DNA of 64,000 nucleotides from an uncultured Planctomycetota bacterium (GTDB lineage Bacteria; Planctomycetota; Planctomycetia; Gemmatales; Gemmataceae), in contig CAWKHF010000005.1 of NCBI GenBank assembly GCA_963849325.1, positions 352,001 through 416,000 on the forward strand, read 5' to 3'. The position numbers and the translations under genes are program-made. Each line of letters starts with the position of its first letter. Position 1 is the first letter of the stretch. Under the pieces are notes generated by a model that saw only the letters and a list, made by a program, of their open reading frames with translations, was not told the DNA's origin and ran no database searches. This document shows positions 20,350 to 30,035 of the stretch, in pieces.

Positions 20350-23022
20350 TCAATCGATCAGGGATATTTGCACGCCGCTTTGCATGATGCGCGACATGGC
20401 CTGCTGAATCAGGTTGATGCGCTGCTGATAGCCGCCGACGATGAGCTTGAACGACTGCGTGCCGCTGGTGTAGCCGCCGCTGGCCGGCGTGACGCCGTCG
20501 CCGCCGCTGGTCGGCGTGCCGGGATAGCCCCAACAACTCTGGATGGTGTCCGTAGTCGGCGACGTGTTGCCGACCTGCTGAATCTTGAGCAGGAATTGCA
20601 GGACGCATTGCTGCATCGGGCCGGCGGTGGGGTCGTTGGTCATGGACGGCTCCATCAGCTGGCCGAAGGCCAGGCAGTGGATGCGGGCCGGCTGCCGGGC
20701 CGTCGAGTAGCCGCCCGCCAACGTCAGGTTGCACAGCTGCTGCGCCACCGTGTACGTCATCGTCTTGGCAGACGAATTAGGGTCGGAATTGACGGTCTCG
20801 CTGTTGTCGCTGTTGCCGATTGTGTAGTAGTTGTTCCAGGGACTGACCGTATTGAGAGAGTAAGTGAACTGGTCGTGCGTGACGCCATCGGTCTCCAGGA
20901 TGACCATCTTGACGGCGCCGCAGCGGCCGCTGAAGCCACGGCTGCTATTGGAACTGAACTGATTGTAGGCCACGGCCAGGCCGGCCGACGAATCGGTGCC
21001 GCCGTTGGCATTGGGCACGTTGCCGCTGGTCGTGTCGTTGAAATTCGTGTCATACGGCCGGATCGTCCCGCTGACCGCGCCGGTGGACGAATTGATCAGG
21101 CTGTAAGGATACCACAGGGCGTTGGTCAAATAGGTATAATTCTGTCCCATGGGCACGCGGGCCGTGTTGTACGCCGAGTTGGAGGAGAAGTAGATCAGGG
21201 AGGCGCAATCGTTGGGATGGTTGGTCTGGATGTCCTGGATGGCCGACTGGATGCCGGCCTTGAGCTGCCAATCGTGGGCCTCGTGACTGGTGCCGGGGTT
21301 CCAATTGCGGCCGTACTCCGGCACGCCGACCAGGAACGCCATCATCGTCAGCGGCCCGAACCAGAAGTGCAGGCGCGGATGGATGGGAGCGTCGGTGTAA
21401 CTCATGTAGGCGCCGTTCGCCGGTGGGCTGGTGATACTCGGCGTGGGACCGAAGGTTTGGCCGCCAAAACTGTTGGAGGAGTTTTGACCGTACAAGGTGT
21501 TGATCGGATTGTACGTGTTCGTCTCGGAATTGTAACCGAGGACGAAATCGATGTATTCCTTCCAGAAGCGCTGGTCCAGGTTGCTGGTATAGCTGGAGAC
21601 GTCGCTGGGAATGGAACTGTAGTAGACGATGCGGCCGGATTGCAGGTTGGGCGGCAGCGTCTGTGGACCCGACTGGATCCAGGCCAACACGTTGGCATAG
21701 TTGATGGTGCCGCCGTTCTGGATCCATTGGCCGGAGCTGTTCCACAACACCGTGTTGTCCGTGACCGGCGTCACGCCGTCACTTTTGAAGAAATAGCGCT
21801 GTCGCCAATCGCCGGCCACGTAACCGCCCTGGCCCGGTGTGCTTACAGGGGTGCGTGGGTCGGGCGGCCACGTGTAGAAAGTCTTGCCGTAGTAACCTGG
21901 ACCTACCGTGTAGCCTTTGAAGAGGCCCGCCGTCACCTGCCATTTATTCTTCGCGGTGTTGTAGTTATAGTCGTAGCCGTTCTGCTTGAAATTTTTGTCG
22001 ATGGTGTTTGTGCTCTTCACGAAAGCCTGGCCGAGATAGTCCTGAACGTCGCCGGCGTAATCGCTGGGGCTGGCGGCGCTGGTCTTGCCTTTCTTCAGCG
22101 GCCACGGATCGCCGTCTATCGGGGTGGCGAGATATAAGTTCGTGGACGGCGTGGGCGTCACCACCGGCGTCAGATTGGCGTTGTAGCTCGACGGATTGCC
22201 GACGACGAAGGCGTTGACGTAGTTGCCGCTGCCGGTGGTATCGCACAGGTAGTCGCCGACCATGGCCGGGCCGTTGCTGGTGGCCATCGTCAGGTTGCTG
22301 GGAGCGTGCGACTCGCCGTGCAAGTCACCGTAGGCGTCCAGGCTCATCATGGGATTGGGGTTGCCCGCCGTGACGTTGGACGAGGGGAAAATCGACCACG
22401 GACCGAACTGCGGATACGTCGGGTCCGGATTCATCGAGCCGGCGGTGGGATCGCTGGTGCTCTCGTTGACGCCGCGGATGTTGACGTTGCTGCCGTACTG
22501 CATCGACGTGGAGAAGTCGAGCACGATGGCAACGTCGCGCGGACGGTGTACGGCCACGGCCAGGGCCCCGACCGAGATCGGGCTGATGCCGAACACCTGG
22601 GCGAAGTACGTCGGCTGTTGCGTCTGCACCTGTACCTGCATCGCCGTCCACGATTCGTTGGCACCCTTGGTGCCGCTGAAGTCGGCGGCGAACTGCTGCG
22701 CCGCGCTGTTGTAGCGATAGACGCCGGTCGTGATGGTGATCTGGGCCAACGTCAACGCCGTGGACAGGACGTTGTTATTGGTGGCCACGGTGGTGGCGAA
22801 ATTCTGGGCGGCGGTGAGGTTGTTGTTGACGGCGTTGCCGTTGAGCAGACGGGCGCCGGCCAGGGCGGCGAGGTCCGCCGCGTTCTGGCACTGCGTCCGC
22901 GCCACCGCCACCATGCCCAGATCGACCCCCAGGGCGATCAGGCCAATCAGGGCGATCAAGGAAACCGCTACCATCGGTAAGATGGAGCCGCGGCGGCGGA
23001 CGGCGGCGTCACGGAATAACAT
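20350..23022 (-). CDS. TadG-like pilus-associated protein with split vWA-like motifs
   Basis: RRRGSILPMVAV..GVDLG..QNAADLAALAGA (Tad N-terminus); RPRDVAIVLDFSTSM; ILETDG. Confidence 0.85.
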   Translation of the reverse strand: MLFRDAAVRRRGSILPMVAVSLIALIGLIALGVDLGMVAVARTQCQNAADLAALAGARLLNGNAVNNNLTAAQNFATTVATNNNVLSTALTLAQITITTGVYRYNSAAQQFAADFSGTKGANESWTAMQVQVQTQQPTYFAQVFGISPISVGALAVAVHRPRDVAIVLDFSTSMQYGSNVNIRGVNESTSDPTAGSMNPDPTYPQFGPWSIFPSSNVTAGNPNPMMSLDAYGDLHGESHAPSNLTMATSNGPAMVGDYLCDTTGSGNYVNAFVVGNPSSYNANLTPVVTPTPSTNLYLATPIDGDPWPLKKGKTSAASPSDYAGDVQDYLGQAFVKSTNTIDKNFKQNGYDYNYNTAKNKWQVTAGLFKGYTVGPGYYGKTFYTWPPDPRTPVSTPGQGGYVAGDWRQRYFFKSDGVTPVTDNTVLWNSSGQWIQNGGTINYANVLAWIQSGPQTLPPNLQSGRIVYYSSIPSDVSSYTSNLDQRFWKEYIDFVLGYNSETNTYNPINTLYGQNSSNSFGGQTFGPTPSITSPPANGAYMSYTDAPIHPRLHFWFGPLTMMAFLVGVPEYGRNWNPGTSHEAHDWQLKAGIQSAIQDIQTNHPNDCASLIYFSSNSAYNTARVPMGQNYTYLTNALWYPYSLINSSTGAVSGTIRPYDTNFNDTTSGNVPNANGGTDSSAGLAVAYNQFSSNSSRGFSGRCGAVKMVILETDGVTHDQFTYSLNTVSPWNNYYTIGNSDNSETVNSDPNSSAKTMTYTVAQQLCNLTLAGGYSTARQPARIHCLAFGQLMEPSMTNDPTAGPMQQCVLQFLLKIQQVGNTSPTTDTIQSCWGYPGTPTSGGDGVTPASGGYTSGTQSFKLIVGGYQQRINLIQQAMSRIMQSGVQISLID

Positions 23023-23073
23023 GGTTGATGTCTCCTCGCCCGGCGCGGGCGTGCCCTCAGAACTTGTCCGGAA

Positions 23074-23186
23074 AGCCCCTCTCCCCCGGTACTCCGGGGG
23101 AGAGGGGTTGGGGTGAGGGGGCGGATCTACTCGGGTCTCTCACCCCCTCACCCCCAACCCCTCTCCCCCGAAGCGGGGGAGAGGGG
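23074..23186. repeat. Composite palindromic repeat (CCCCTCTCCCCC../GGGGGAGAGGGG), copy 1
   Basis: Two hairpins in inverted arrangement; near-identical to 61981-62090. Confidence 0.85.
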
Positions 23187-23204
23187 AGTGTATCGAACCG
23201 ACTC

Positions 23205-23699
23205 TCAGTTCGCTTCACTATTCATCATCGCCGTCACCGAGATCGGCAAGGTGTTCCCCATGAGCAAGAACGACGGCAAGATCGGTCGATACGTCCCGGT
23301 GATTTGCACCACGATGGGACTGCCGAAGGTGGCCGAGTTCCAGCTGGAGCCGTTCAGCGCCTGAATCGTGGGCGGATAAATGGCCGTTGCCGTGCTGCTG
23401 TTGTAAATGAGGGTGGGATCGGCCGAGAACACGTTGACGGTGTACCCCTGGATCTGGGCGTCCACGCCGGCCATCTTGGCGTTGACGACGCCGATCACCT
23501 GGCCCTGCGTGGTGCCGTCGCCGGTGTGGGCCACGGCGTAGCGCACGCCTTCGCGGGCCGCGTTGTTGGTCGTGTGCAGCACCATCAGGTAGCGGCCATA
23601 TTCCAGGATGCCGAACAGAAACAGCATGGCGATGCCCAGGACGAAGGCCATCTCCACCGTGCTGGCGCCGCGGCGCTGGGGCTGCTGGGAAAGCCTCAT
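23205..23699 (-). CDS. TadE-family pseudopilin
   Basis: RRGASTVEMAFVL..FGILEYG..AAREGVRYA. Confidence 0.9.
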   Translation of the reverse strand: MRLSQQPQRRGASTVEMAFVLGIAMLFLFGILEYGRYLMVLHTTNNAAREGVRYAVAHTGDGTTQGQVIGVVNAKMAGVDAQIQGYTVNVFSADPTLIYNSSTATAIYPPTIQALNGSSWNSATFGSPIVVQITGTYRPILPSFLLMGNTLPISVTAMMNSEAN

Positions 23700-23723
23700 C
23701 GTTGCCACTCCTCGGTCCCACTA

Positions 23724-24242
23724 TCAGGGCGACCAACCGGGAATCGTCGTGTTGACGGTGAACGGTGTATCCACCAGGATCACCCAGGTCGTTTGCGCCG
23801 TCAGCGTGCCGCCGAGAGGGATCGGCGTCCAGTTGACGTCCTGCGCCGGCAGCGCGACGGTGACCAGGAAGCGCTCGCCCTGCAAGCCCTGGTAGGGGTC
23901 GGTGCGCGTCAGGTCGCCGTCGAGGAACTGAAACGTCACCTGCACGTCGTTGACCTGGCTGGCGCCGACGACGCCGGCGGCGACAAGGTACTCGCGCACG
24001 GTGTCCTGGACGTTGGGCAGGCCGCTGGAGGCGTGGATTTGCGTGAAGGCGCCGACTTGATTGATGATCTGCGCCTGCGAGGCCAGCCGCGCTCCCTCGC
24101 GGGCGGCATTGTCCATCAGCTGCATGACCTCGATGATGCGGCCCACCTGCAACAGTCCGAACAACAACAGCAGCAGCAGCGGCGCGAGAAAAGCGAATTC
24201 CACGGCCGCCACGCCGCGGCGCCTTCGCCGGCGACGAAGCAT
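23724..24242 (-). CDS. TadE-family pseudopilin
   Basis: RRGVAAVEFAFLAP..AAREGARLA. Confidence 0.9.
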   Translation of the reverse strand: MLRRRRRRRGVAAVEFAFLAPLLLLLLFGLLQVGRIIEVMQLMDNAAREGARLASQAQIINQVGAFTQIHASSGLPNVQDTVREYLVAAGVVGASQVNDVQVTFQFLDGDLTRTDPYQGLQGERFLVTVALPAQDVNWTPIPLGGTLTAQTTWVILVDTPFTVNTTIPGWSP

Positions 24243-24270
24243 GGGAGCAAACTCCCCTCTTGTCAACAAG

Positions 24271-24328
24271 ACGAGCCCGGAGCGCAAGCGACGGATTTTT
24301 CCGCCCATCGCTTGCGCTCCGGGCTCGT
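24271..24328. repeat. REP-like palindrome (AGCCCGGAGCG.AAGCG family)
   Basis: ACGAGCCCGGAGCGCAAGCGA...TCGCTTGCGCTCCGGGCTCGT. Confidence 0.8.
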
Positions 24329-24508
24329 AGAAAAGAACTCGTAATCCCTTTTTTCCGAACCAGACAGAAGAATTGTCAAAATCTAGAACATGCTCCGCGG
24401 CCTGTCAAATGCCACACCGTTTGCTCGCCGTCGTTGCGTGAGCTAGACTCCAGCGCCGGCCGGGAGTGGTCCCCGGCGTCTGCCCCGCACCTCGATCCGG
24501 TGGCGGTC

Positions 24509-25306
24509 ATGATCGCAACAACCTTAGCTCCTCCCCCCGTCCGCAATCAGACGGACGCCGCCGCGGCGTTCGTGAACGTGTCCAAGACGTATCGAGACGG
24601 TCTGTTCCGCCGCCGTAACGTGGAGGCGGTGCGCGGCGTCAGCCTGCGGATCGAGGCCGGCGAGGTGCTTGGCCTGCTCGGTCCCAACCGCGCCGGCAAA
24701 ACCACGTTGGCCAAGATGCTGCTGTCGCTGTGTCAGCCGACGTCCGGCGCGGTGGTGCGCCTGGGCCGGCCGCTGTCCGACCGCGGTACGCTGGGACAGG
24801 TCGGCTACGTCCACGAGAACCACGCCTTCCCGCGCTACCTCGGCGCCGCCGCCCTGCTCGAATACTACGAGGCGCTGACGCTGCTGCCTTCCGAGTTGGT
24901 CCGCGAACGGGTGCCGCGCTTGCTGGAGCGCGTTGGCCTGGCCGACCGCGGACGCGAACCGATCGCTCGCTTCAGCAAGGGCATGCTCCAGCGCCTCGGC
25001 ATCGCCCAGGCGCTGCTCAACGAACCGCGCCTGCTGGTGCTGGACGAACCGACGGAGGGATTGGACCTGGGCGGCCGGCGTCTGCTGCGCGACGTGGTGC
25101 GCGAGGTGCGCCAGCGCGGCGGCAGTGTGCTGCTGATCTCGCACGTACTATCGGAGGTCGAGCACCTATGCGACCGCGTCGCCGTGCTGGTGGGCGGCCG
25201 GCTCGTCCACGATGGTCCGCTCGCCGAGTTGACACATGACGACTCCGGCGCGCCGCGTTCGTTGGAGAAGACCCTCAAAGACCTGTACGCAAAGACGAGC
25301 GCATGA
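24509..25306 (+). CDS. ABC transporter ATP-binding protein
   Basis: Walker A GPNRAGKT, signature FSKGM, Walker B LLVLDEP, H-loop ISH. Confidence 0.95.
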   Translation: MIATTLAPPPVRNQTDAAAAFVNVSKTYRDGLFRRRNVEAVRGVSLRIEAGEVLGLLGPNRAGKTTLAKMLLSLCQPTSGAVVRLGRPLSDRGTLGQVGYVHENHAFPRYLGAAALLEYYEALTLLPSELVRERVPRLLERVGLADRGREPIARFSKGMLQRLGIAQALLNEPRLLVLDEPTEGLDLGGRRLLRDVVREVRQRGGSVLLISHVLSEVEHLCDRVAVLVGGRLVHDGPLAELTHDDSGAPRSLEKTLKDLYAKTSA

Positions 25307-26218
25307 ACCTCTTCGCCATCCTATCCGCCGTCCGTTGGCTGGTCCGCGACACGTTTCGCCAGTCGCGCGCCTCCGGCGCCTTCGGGCTGATGCTCGCCGT
25401 CAGCCTGGCCGGCGTCGCTCTGTGCCTGACGACGACGCTCGTCGCCGATGGTCCCGACGCCCCTGGCCGCCTCGACCTGGCCTTTGGCGCCGTGCAGGTG
25501 CCGCTAGACGGCGGGCCGGACGCCGCGGTGCGAACGCTGGAGGCGTACCTGGCCGGCTGGGGTGCCGACACGGCCGGTCTGTTGCTGGCGCTGCTGTGGA
25601 CGGCCGGGTTTTTACCGTCGTTCCTCGACGCCGGCACGGCGGCGGTACTGCTGGCCAAGCCGGTGCCGCGCTGGGGCCTGTTGCTGGGCAAGTATCTCGG
25701 CGTCCTCGCCTTCGTCGCCGTGCAGGATGGCCTGTTCGTCCTCGGCACCTGGATGGCGCTGGGTCTCCGCACCGGCGTATGGGATGGTACGTATCTGCTG
25801 TGTCTTCCGTTGCTTCTCCTGCACTTCGCCATCTTTTTCAGCTTCTCGGCCATGCTGGCGTCGGCGACGCGCAGCACGGTCGCCTGCGTGTTCGGCTCGG
25901 TGCTGTTCTGGCTCTTGTGCTGGGCGATGAACCTCGGCCGGCACTGCCTGCTGCTGCTGCCAGACGTGCAAGGCGCGGCCGCTGGCCTCGGTCATACCGT
26001 CGAGCTGGGGTACTGGACTTTGCCCAAGCCTCTCGACGGTCATCTCCTCCTGCTGGGCCTCCTGCAAGACGATCGCGGGCTGGGGCGAGTCCTCGACACG
26101 CACGCCCTGACGGCGTGCGGCGCCTGGCAGCCGGTCGCCTCTCTACTGGCGTCGTGCCTCTGTGCCGCGGCGCTGCTGGCGCGTAGCGGCGTATGACTTC
26201 GTCACGGCGGAGTATTGA
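25303..26218 (+). CDS. ABC-2-type transporter permease (probable frameshift near 3' end)
   Basis: ATGA overlap with the ATPase; DTFRQS, FLPSFLD..LLAKPVPR. A shifted frame ends YDFVTAEY* at 26218, like the paralog's RFARTDY*. Confidence 0.85.
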
Positions 26219-26253
26219 GCCGGTGAGCAACCGGCATCAACGGACATTCCCTT

Positions 26254-26640
26254 TCAAGGCGAGGGATCAGCAGCTGGCGGCCGTCGGATGCGCGTGTGAT
26301 TGATGTCTGCGACGACGAAGCAGCGTGCCAGGGTGTCAAGAGGCTGTTCCTGGACCACGCGCCGAAGGATTTCCAGGACGGCATCTCGGCTGCGATTGCG
26401 AGGACGCAGAAGGAGTATCCCCGGATGGGCGCCGGGCGGAAAGCGGCGGACGTCGGCAAAATCGAGATCAAGGGTGATGAAGAACCGCCCTTCCGAAACC
26501 GCCCGCTGCCACACCAAAGTGTCTTCCGCGCCGCTGAGTCCTTCGTCCGTCACGCGCTCCGCGGAGTAACCGGCCCCGTTCAAGAATTCCCCATGAGACT
26601 GGGCCAGGTTCTCATCCAGCTTGAGCCGCAACGCACTCAT
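26254..26640 (-). CDS. DUF5615 PIN-like toxin
   Basis: LKLDENL..GLSGAED..EGRFFITLDLDFAD..HPGILLLR. Confidence 0.9.
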   Translation of the reverse strand: MSALRLKLDENLAQSHGEFLNGAGYSAERVTDEGLSGAEDTLVWQRAVSEGRFFITLDLDFADVRRFPPGAHPGILLLRPRNRSRDAVLEILRRVVQEQPLDTLARCFVVADINHTRIRRPPAADPSP

Positions 26641-26867
26641 CGCAAGGGCACCAATTCCTCTTCACCGGCGAGGATCGCGGCATAGGACAGGGCTGCTCGA
26701 ACGTCCTCCGCGGTCAAGGGAGGATAATCGCGGACGATTTCCTCCGGGTTCAATCCCTCGGCCATATTATCCAGGATGACGGAGACCATGATGCGCGTCC
26801 CCCGAATGCACGGCTTACCGTGACAAACACGAGGATCGGTCGTGATTCGTTCCTGCCAACGATTCAT
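26637..26867 (-). CDS. DUF433 antitoxin
   Basis: RITTDPRVCHGKPCIRGTRIMV..EEIVRDYP.LT.EDVRAAL.YAA; 4-bp overlap with the toxin. Confidence 0.95.
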   Translation of the reverse strand: MNRWQERITTDPRVCHGKPCIRGTRIMVSVILDNMAEGLNPEEIVRDYPPLTAEDVRAALSYAAILAGEEELVPLR

Positions 26868-26947
26868 CGGAAAGGTCCTGCGGTCCTGGGAGCTTCGCCA
26901 TCTGGGCCTGAACTCATTCTAAGGAGGCGTCCACGAATGACTTCCAA

Positions 26948-27010
26948 GTTTAGCCGCGACGCGCAGCGGAGCGCGGGGCTGCCGCGCTCCGCTGCGCGTC
27001 GCGGCTAAAC
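26948..27010. repeat. REP-like palindrome GTTTAGCCGCGACGCGCAGCGGAGCGCG, copy 1
   Basis: Perfect 29-bp arms; same family at 49688-49757 and 55955-56017. Confidence 0.9.
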
Positions 27011-27035
27011 GAAATTATTACTGGACGCGCCCTAA

Positions 27036-27126
27036 GCGGCGAACCGGCTGGGTAGACAGCAATCCGTTTCCAAGTAGAAAAGGTCATCCGGATTTTCGAT
27101 CATGGCCGTCACCAGCACTTTGCCAT
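27036..27126 (-). pseudogene. Degraded N-terminal fragment resembling planctomycete clan-AA aspartyl-protease genes
   Basis: With two frame corrections it reads M(G)KVLVTAMIENPDDLFYLE(N)GLLSTQPVRR. Family resemblance is from recollection only. Confidence 0.35.
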
Positions 27127-27154
27127 GGATGATGTCTCCCTGATGTTCTCCCTT

Positions 27155-28456
27155 TTACTCTTCATGGCCGTGAAGAAAGCGCACCTGCACGTCCGGCCCC
27201 TGGATGTGGTGCAGCAGGTGGCGCGGCAGGTAGCAGCGGATACTGACACGGTCCTCGTGAAACTCCTGCCGATAGATCTCGGCGTGCGCCGCCAGGTACG
27301 ACAGTACCTTGCCGTTGCCGGCGCCAGTCTCGATGGCGGCGTCGGCGAAGTCGGCGCTGAGCATCTCGATCACCGCTTCTTGCAATTGCTCCAGTCCGCG
27401 CCGCTCGACGGCGCTGACGGCCACGGTGCGCGGGTGATGGCTCTGCAACACCTGCAAATAGGACGGATCGCTCACGCGGTCGGCCTTGTTGAGCACCAGC
27501 AGCGTCGGCTTGTCGCCGCAGCCCAACTCCTTGAGCACGGCGTTGACGGCCTTGATCTGGTCCTCGGCGAAGGGATTGCCGGCATCGACGACGTGCAACA
27601 GCAGCCGTGCTTGCCGGGCTTCTTCGAGCGTGGCCTTGAACGACGCGATCAGATGGTGCGGCAGGTCGCGGATGAAGCCGACCGTATCGCTGAGCAGGAC
27701 GCGGCCCCAGTCCTTGAGGTGCCATTGCCGCGTGCGCGTGTCCAGCGTCGAGAACAGCTTGTCCTCGACGTAGACGCCGGCGCCGGTCAGGGCGTTCATG
27801 AGCGTGCTTTTGCCGGCGTTGGTGTAGCCGACCAGCGAGACGGTGTGCTCCTCGCGGCGGCTGCGCACCTCGCGCTCCTTGCGCGCCTGCACCTCGACGA
27901 GGCGAGCCTTCAGGTCGCGGATGCGATGATCGACGATACGGCGGTCTTCTTCCAGCTGCGTCTCGCCGGGGCCGCGCGTGCCGATGCCGCCGGCGGCGCG
28001 GCCCAGGTGCGACCACATCTGCCGCAGACGCGGCAGGGCGTACTCCAACTGGGCCAACTCCACCTGCAAACGGGCCTCCATCGAACGCGCCCGCGTGGCG
28101 AAGATGTCGAGGATCAATTCGCTGCGGTCGAGCACCTTGAGCTTGGTGGCCTTTTCGAGGTTGCGGACCTGGCCCGGCGACAGATCGTTGTCGAAGATGA
28201 TGACGTCGGCGTCGCTGGCCTGGACCTGCTCTTGCAGTTCCTGGAGCTTGCCCTTGCCGATGTAACTGGCGGGGTTGACCTTGTCGCGGCGCTGGCACAG
28301 ACCGCCGACGACGATGGCACCCGCCGTGGTCGCCAGGCCGCGCAGCTCCTCCAAGGGGTCGCCGCCCAGCCACGGCCGCTCCGGCAAGGCCACGCTGACA
28401 AGAAAGGCACGTTCCAGGTGGACGGTCAGTTCGTCGCGGGTTGTATCGAGAGTCAC
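27155..28456 (-). CDS. hflX: GTPase HflX
   Basis: YIGKGK, LILDIFA..EARLQVELAQL.Y, RGPGETQLE.DRR, GYTNAGKS, DTVGFI, NKAD. Confidence 0.97.
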   Translation of the reverse strand: MTLDTTRDELTVHLERAFLVSVALPERPWLGGDPLEELRGLATTAGAIVVGGLCQRRDKVNPASYIGKGKLQELQEQVQASDADVIIFDNDLSPGQVRNLEKATKLKVLDRSELILDIFATRARSMEARLQVELAQLEYALPRLRQMWSHLGRAAGGIGTRGPGETQLEEDRRIVDHRIRDLKARLVEVQARKEREVRSRREEHTVSLVGYTNAGKSTLMNALTGAGVYVEDKLFSTLDTRTRQWHLKDWGRVLLSDTVGFIRDLPHHLIASFKATLEEARQARLLLHVVDAGNPFAEDQIKAVNAVLKELGCGDKPTLLVLNKADRVSDPSYLQVLQSHHPRTVAVSAVERRGLEQLQEAVIEMLSADFADAAIETGAGNGKVLSYLAAHAEIYRQEFHEDRVSIRCYLPRHLLHHIQGPDVQVRFLHGHEE

Positions 28457-28622
28457 AGTTGTTTGTTGTCCCTCCTTCTCCCTCAATTCTAGACTCACTC
28501 GTCAAGGGAAACCAAGTCGAAACGCACGGGCACGAATTTCGACCTACAATAACGAATGGCATGCGCGGACGGCGGTCCTTCCTCCCCTTGAGCTATCCGC
28601 GCCGCCGAGCGAGGGGCCTATC

Positions 28623-29332
28623 GTGGCGACAGCCCGCACCGGGGGCGACCCGGATTTACGCCTGTGGATCGAACGCCTCAAGGACAAGGACGGACACAAA
28701 CGGCTGCACGCGGCGACGGTGCTGGCGTCGCTGGGACCGCGCGCCGCACGGCCCTGGAAGCGATCATCGAGGCGCTGAAAGATCCCCTGCCGGAAGTGCG
28801 GCGCATGGCCGCCTTCAGCCTGGGTGAAATCGGCACCGAGGCGCGCACGGCCATCCCGGCGCTGATGCAGGCGCTGCAGGACGAGAGCGAGGCCGTCCGC
28901 CGTCGCGCCGTTGTTGCTCTGGGCGACATGGGGCCGGAGGCGCGGCTGGCCGCCGGCGCTCTCATCCAGTCGCTGCGCGACGCCAGCGCCTCGGTGCGCC
29001 GTCACGCCGCCGCGGCCCTGGGCGACATCGGGCCGACCGCCGCCGTCGCCGTCCCGGCGCTGATCGAGGCGCTGCGCGAAGACGACGTCAAGAACCGAGC
29101 GGTGTCGGCCGCCGCCCTGGTCAAGATGGGCACCCGAGCCGTGCCGCGTCTGATCGAGGCGCTGCGCGACGCCGACGCCAACGTCCGCCGTCACGCCGCC
29201 CGGACGCTGGGCAAGAACCCCCGCGCCGCCGACGCCGTGCCGGCTTTGACGGAACTGCTGCACGACCCCGAGCCGATGGTCCGCGACGCCGCCGCCGAGG
29301 CCCTGCGCTGCGCTTCCAGTTCGGAGTTCTGA
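28623..29332 (+). CDS. HEAT/PBS-lyase repeat protein (frameshift about 28750)
   Basis: Repeated LIEALxD..VRR.AA.ALG.IG motifs; first repeat is in an upstream frame. Confidence 0.85.
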
Positions 29333-29395
29333 GTTCTGAGTGAAGAAGTCGGAGTTCGGTTTTCACTCAGAACTCAGAACTCCGAACTCAGAACT
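29318..29395. repeat. Inverted heptamer tandem repeat (AGTTC(T/G)G)n / (C(A/C)GAACT)n
   Basis: Read directly from the sequence. Confidence 0.8.
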
Positions 29396-29443
29396 TTTGA
29401 GTGGCGTTGTCAGATTCGCCGCCGTCTCGTTACAATCCACGCC

Positions 29444-29956
29444 ATGACGACGACTCCGCGTCAGACCGTGCCGTTCCGCGTCGGTATCGGACACGATACG
29501 CATCGTTTGGCCGAGGGTCGGCCTCTGCTGCTGGGCGGCGTTCGCGTCGAGCATCCGCGCGGCCTGGTCGGTCACAGCGACGCCGACGTCGTGCTGCACG
29601 CCCTGACCGACGCCCTGCTCGGCGCCGCCGGCCTGGGCGACATCGGCGACGCCTACCCCGACACCGACCCCGCCTGGAAGGACGCCGACTCGCGCCGCTT
29701 TCTGCGCGAAACGCTGGCCCGGCTGAACCAGGCGGGCTGGCGCGTGGTCAATGTCGATGTCATCATCTTCGCCCAGGAGCCGAAGCTCGGGCCGGTCAAG
29801 GCCGCCATCCGCCACAACCTCGCCGAACTGCTCGGACTCGACGCCGCGACCGTCAACGTCAAGGCCAAGACCGGCGAGCGCGTCGGCCACATTGGCCGCG
29901 CCGAAGCGCTGAGTTGCCAGGTCGTCGCCCTGATCTCACAAGGGAATAGGGAATAG
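29444..29956 (+). CDS. ispF: 2-C-methyl-D-erythritol 2,4-cyclodiphosphate synthase
   Basis: RVGIGHDTH, GHSDADV..HA..DALLGA, GDIG, NVKAKT.E. Confidence 0.97.
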   Translation: MTTTPRQTVPFRVGIGHDTHRLAEGRPLLLGGVRVEHPRGLVGHSDADVVLHALTDALLGAAGLGDIGDAYPDTDPAWKDADSRRFLRETLARLNQAGWRVVNVDVIIFAQEPKLGPVKAAIRHNLAELLGLDAATVNVKAKTGERVGHIGRAEALSCQVVALISQGNRE

Positions 29957-30027
29957 GGAATAGGGAATAGCGACTCGAAATGTCTTTTCCCTATTCCCTA
30001 TTCCCTATTCCCTATTCCCTATTCCCT
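29941..30027. repeat. Inverted heptamer tandem repeat (AGGGAAT)4 ... (TTCCCTA)5-6
   Basis: Read directly; lies between ispF and the cysS RBS. Confidence 0.9.
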
Positions 30028-30035
30028 GAGGAGTT

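Noticed and set aside
29941-30027. Telomere-like or G-quadruplex element
   Set aside because: Four GGG runs are present, but the complementary array follows directly, so a hairpin is the simpler reading.
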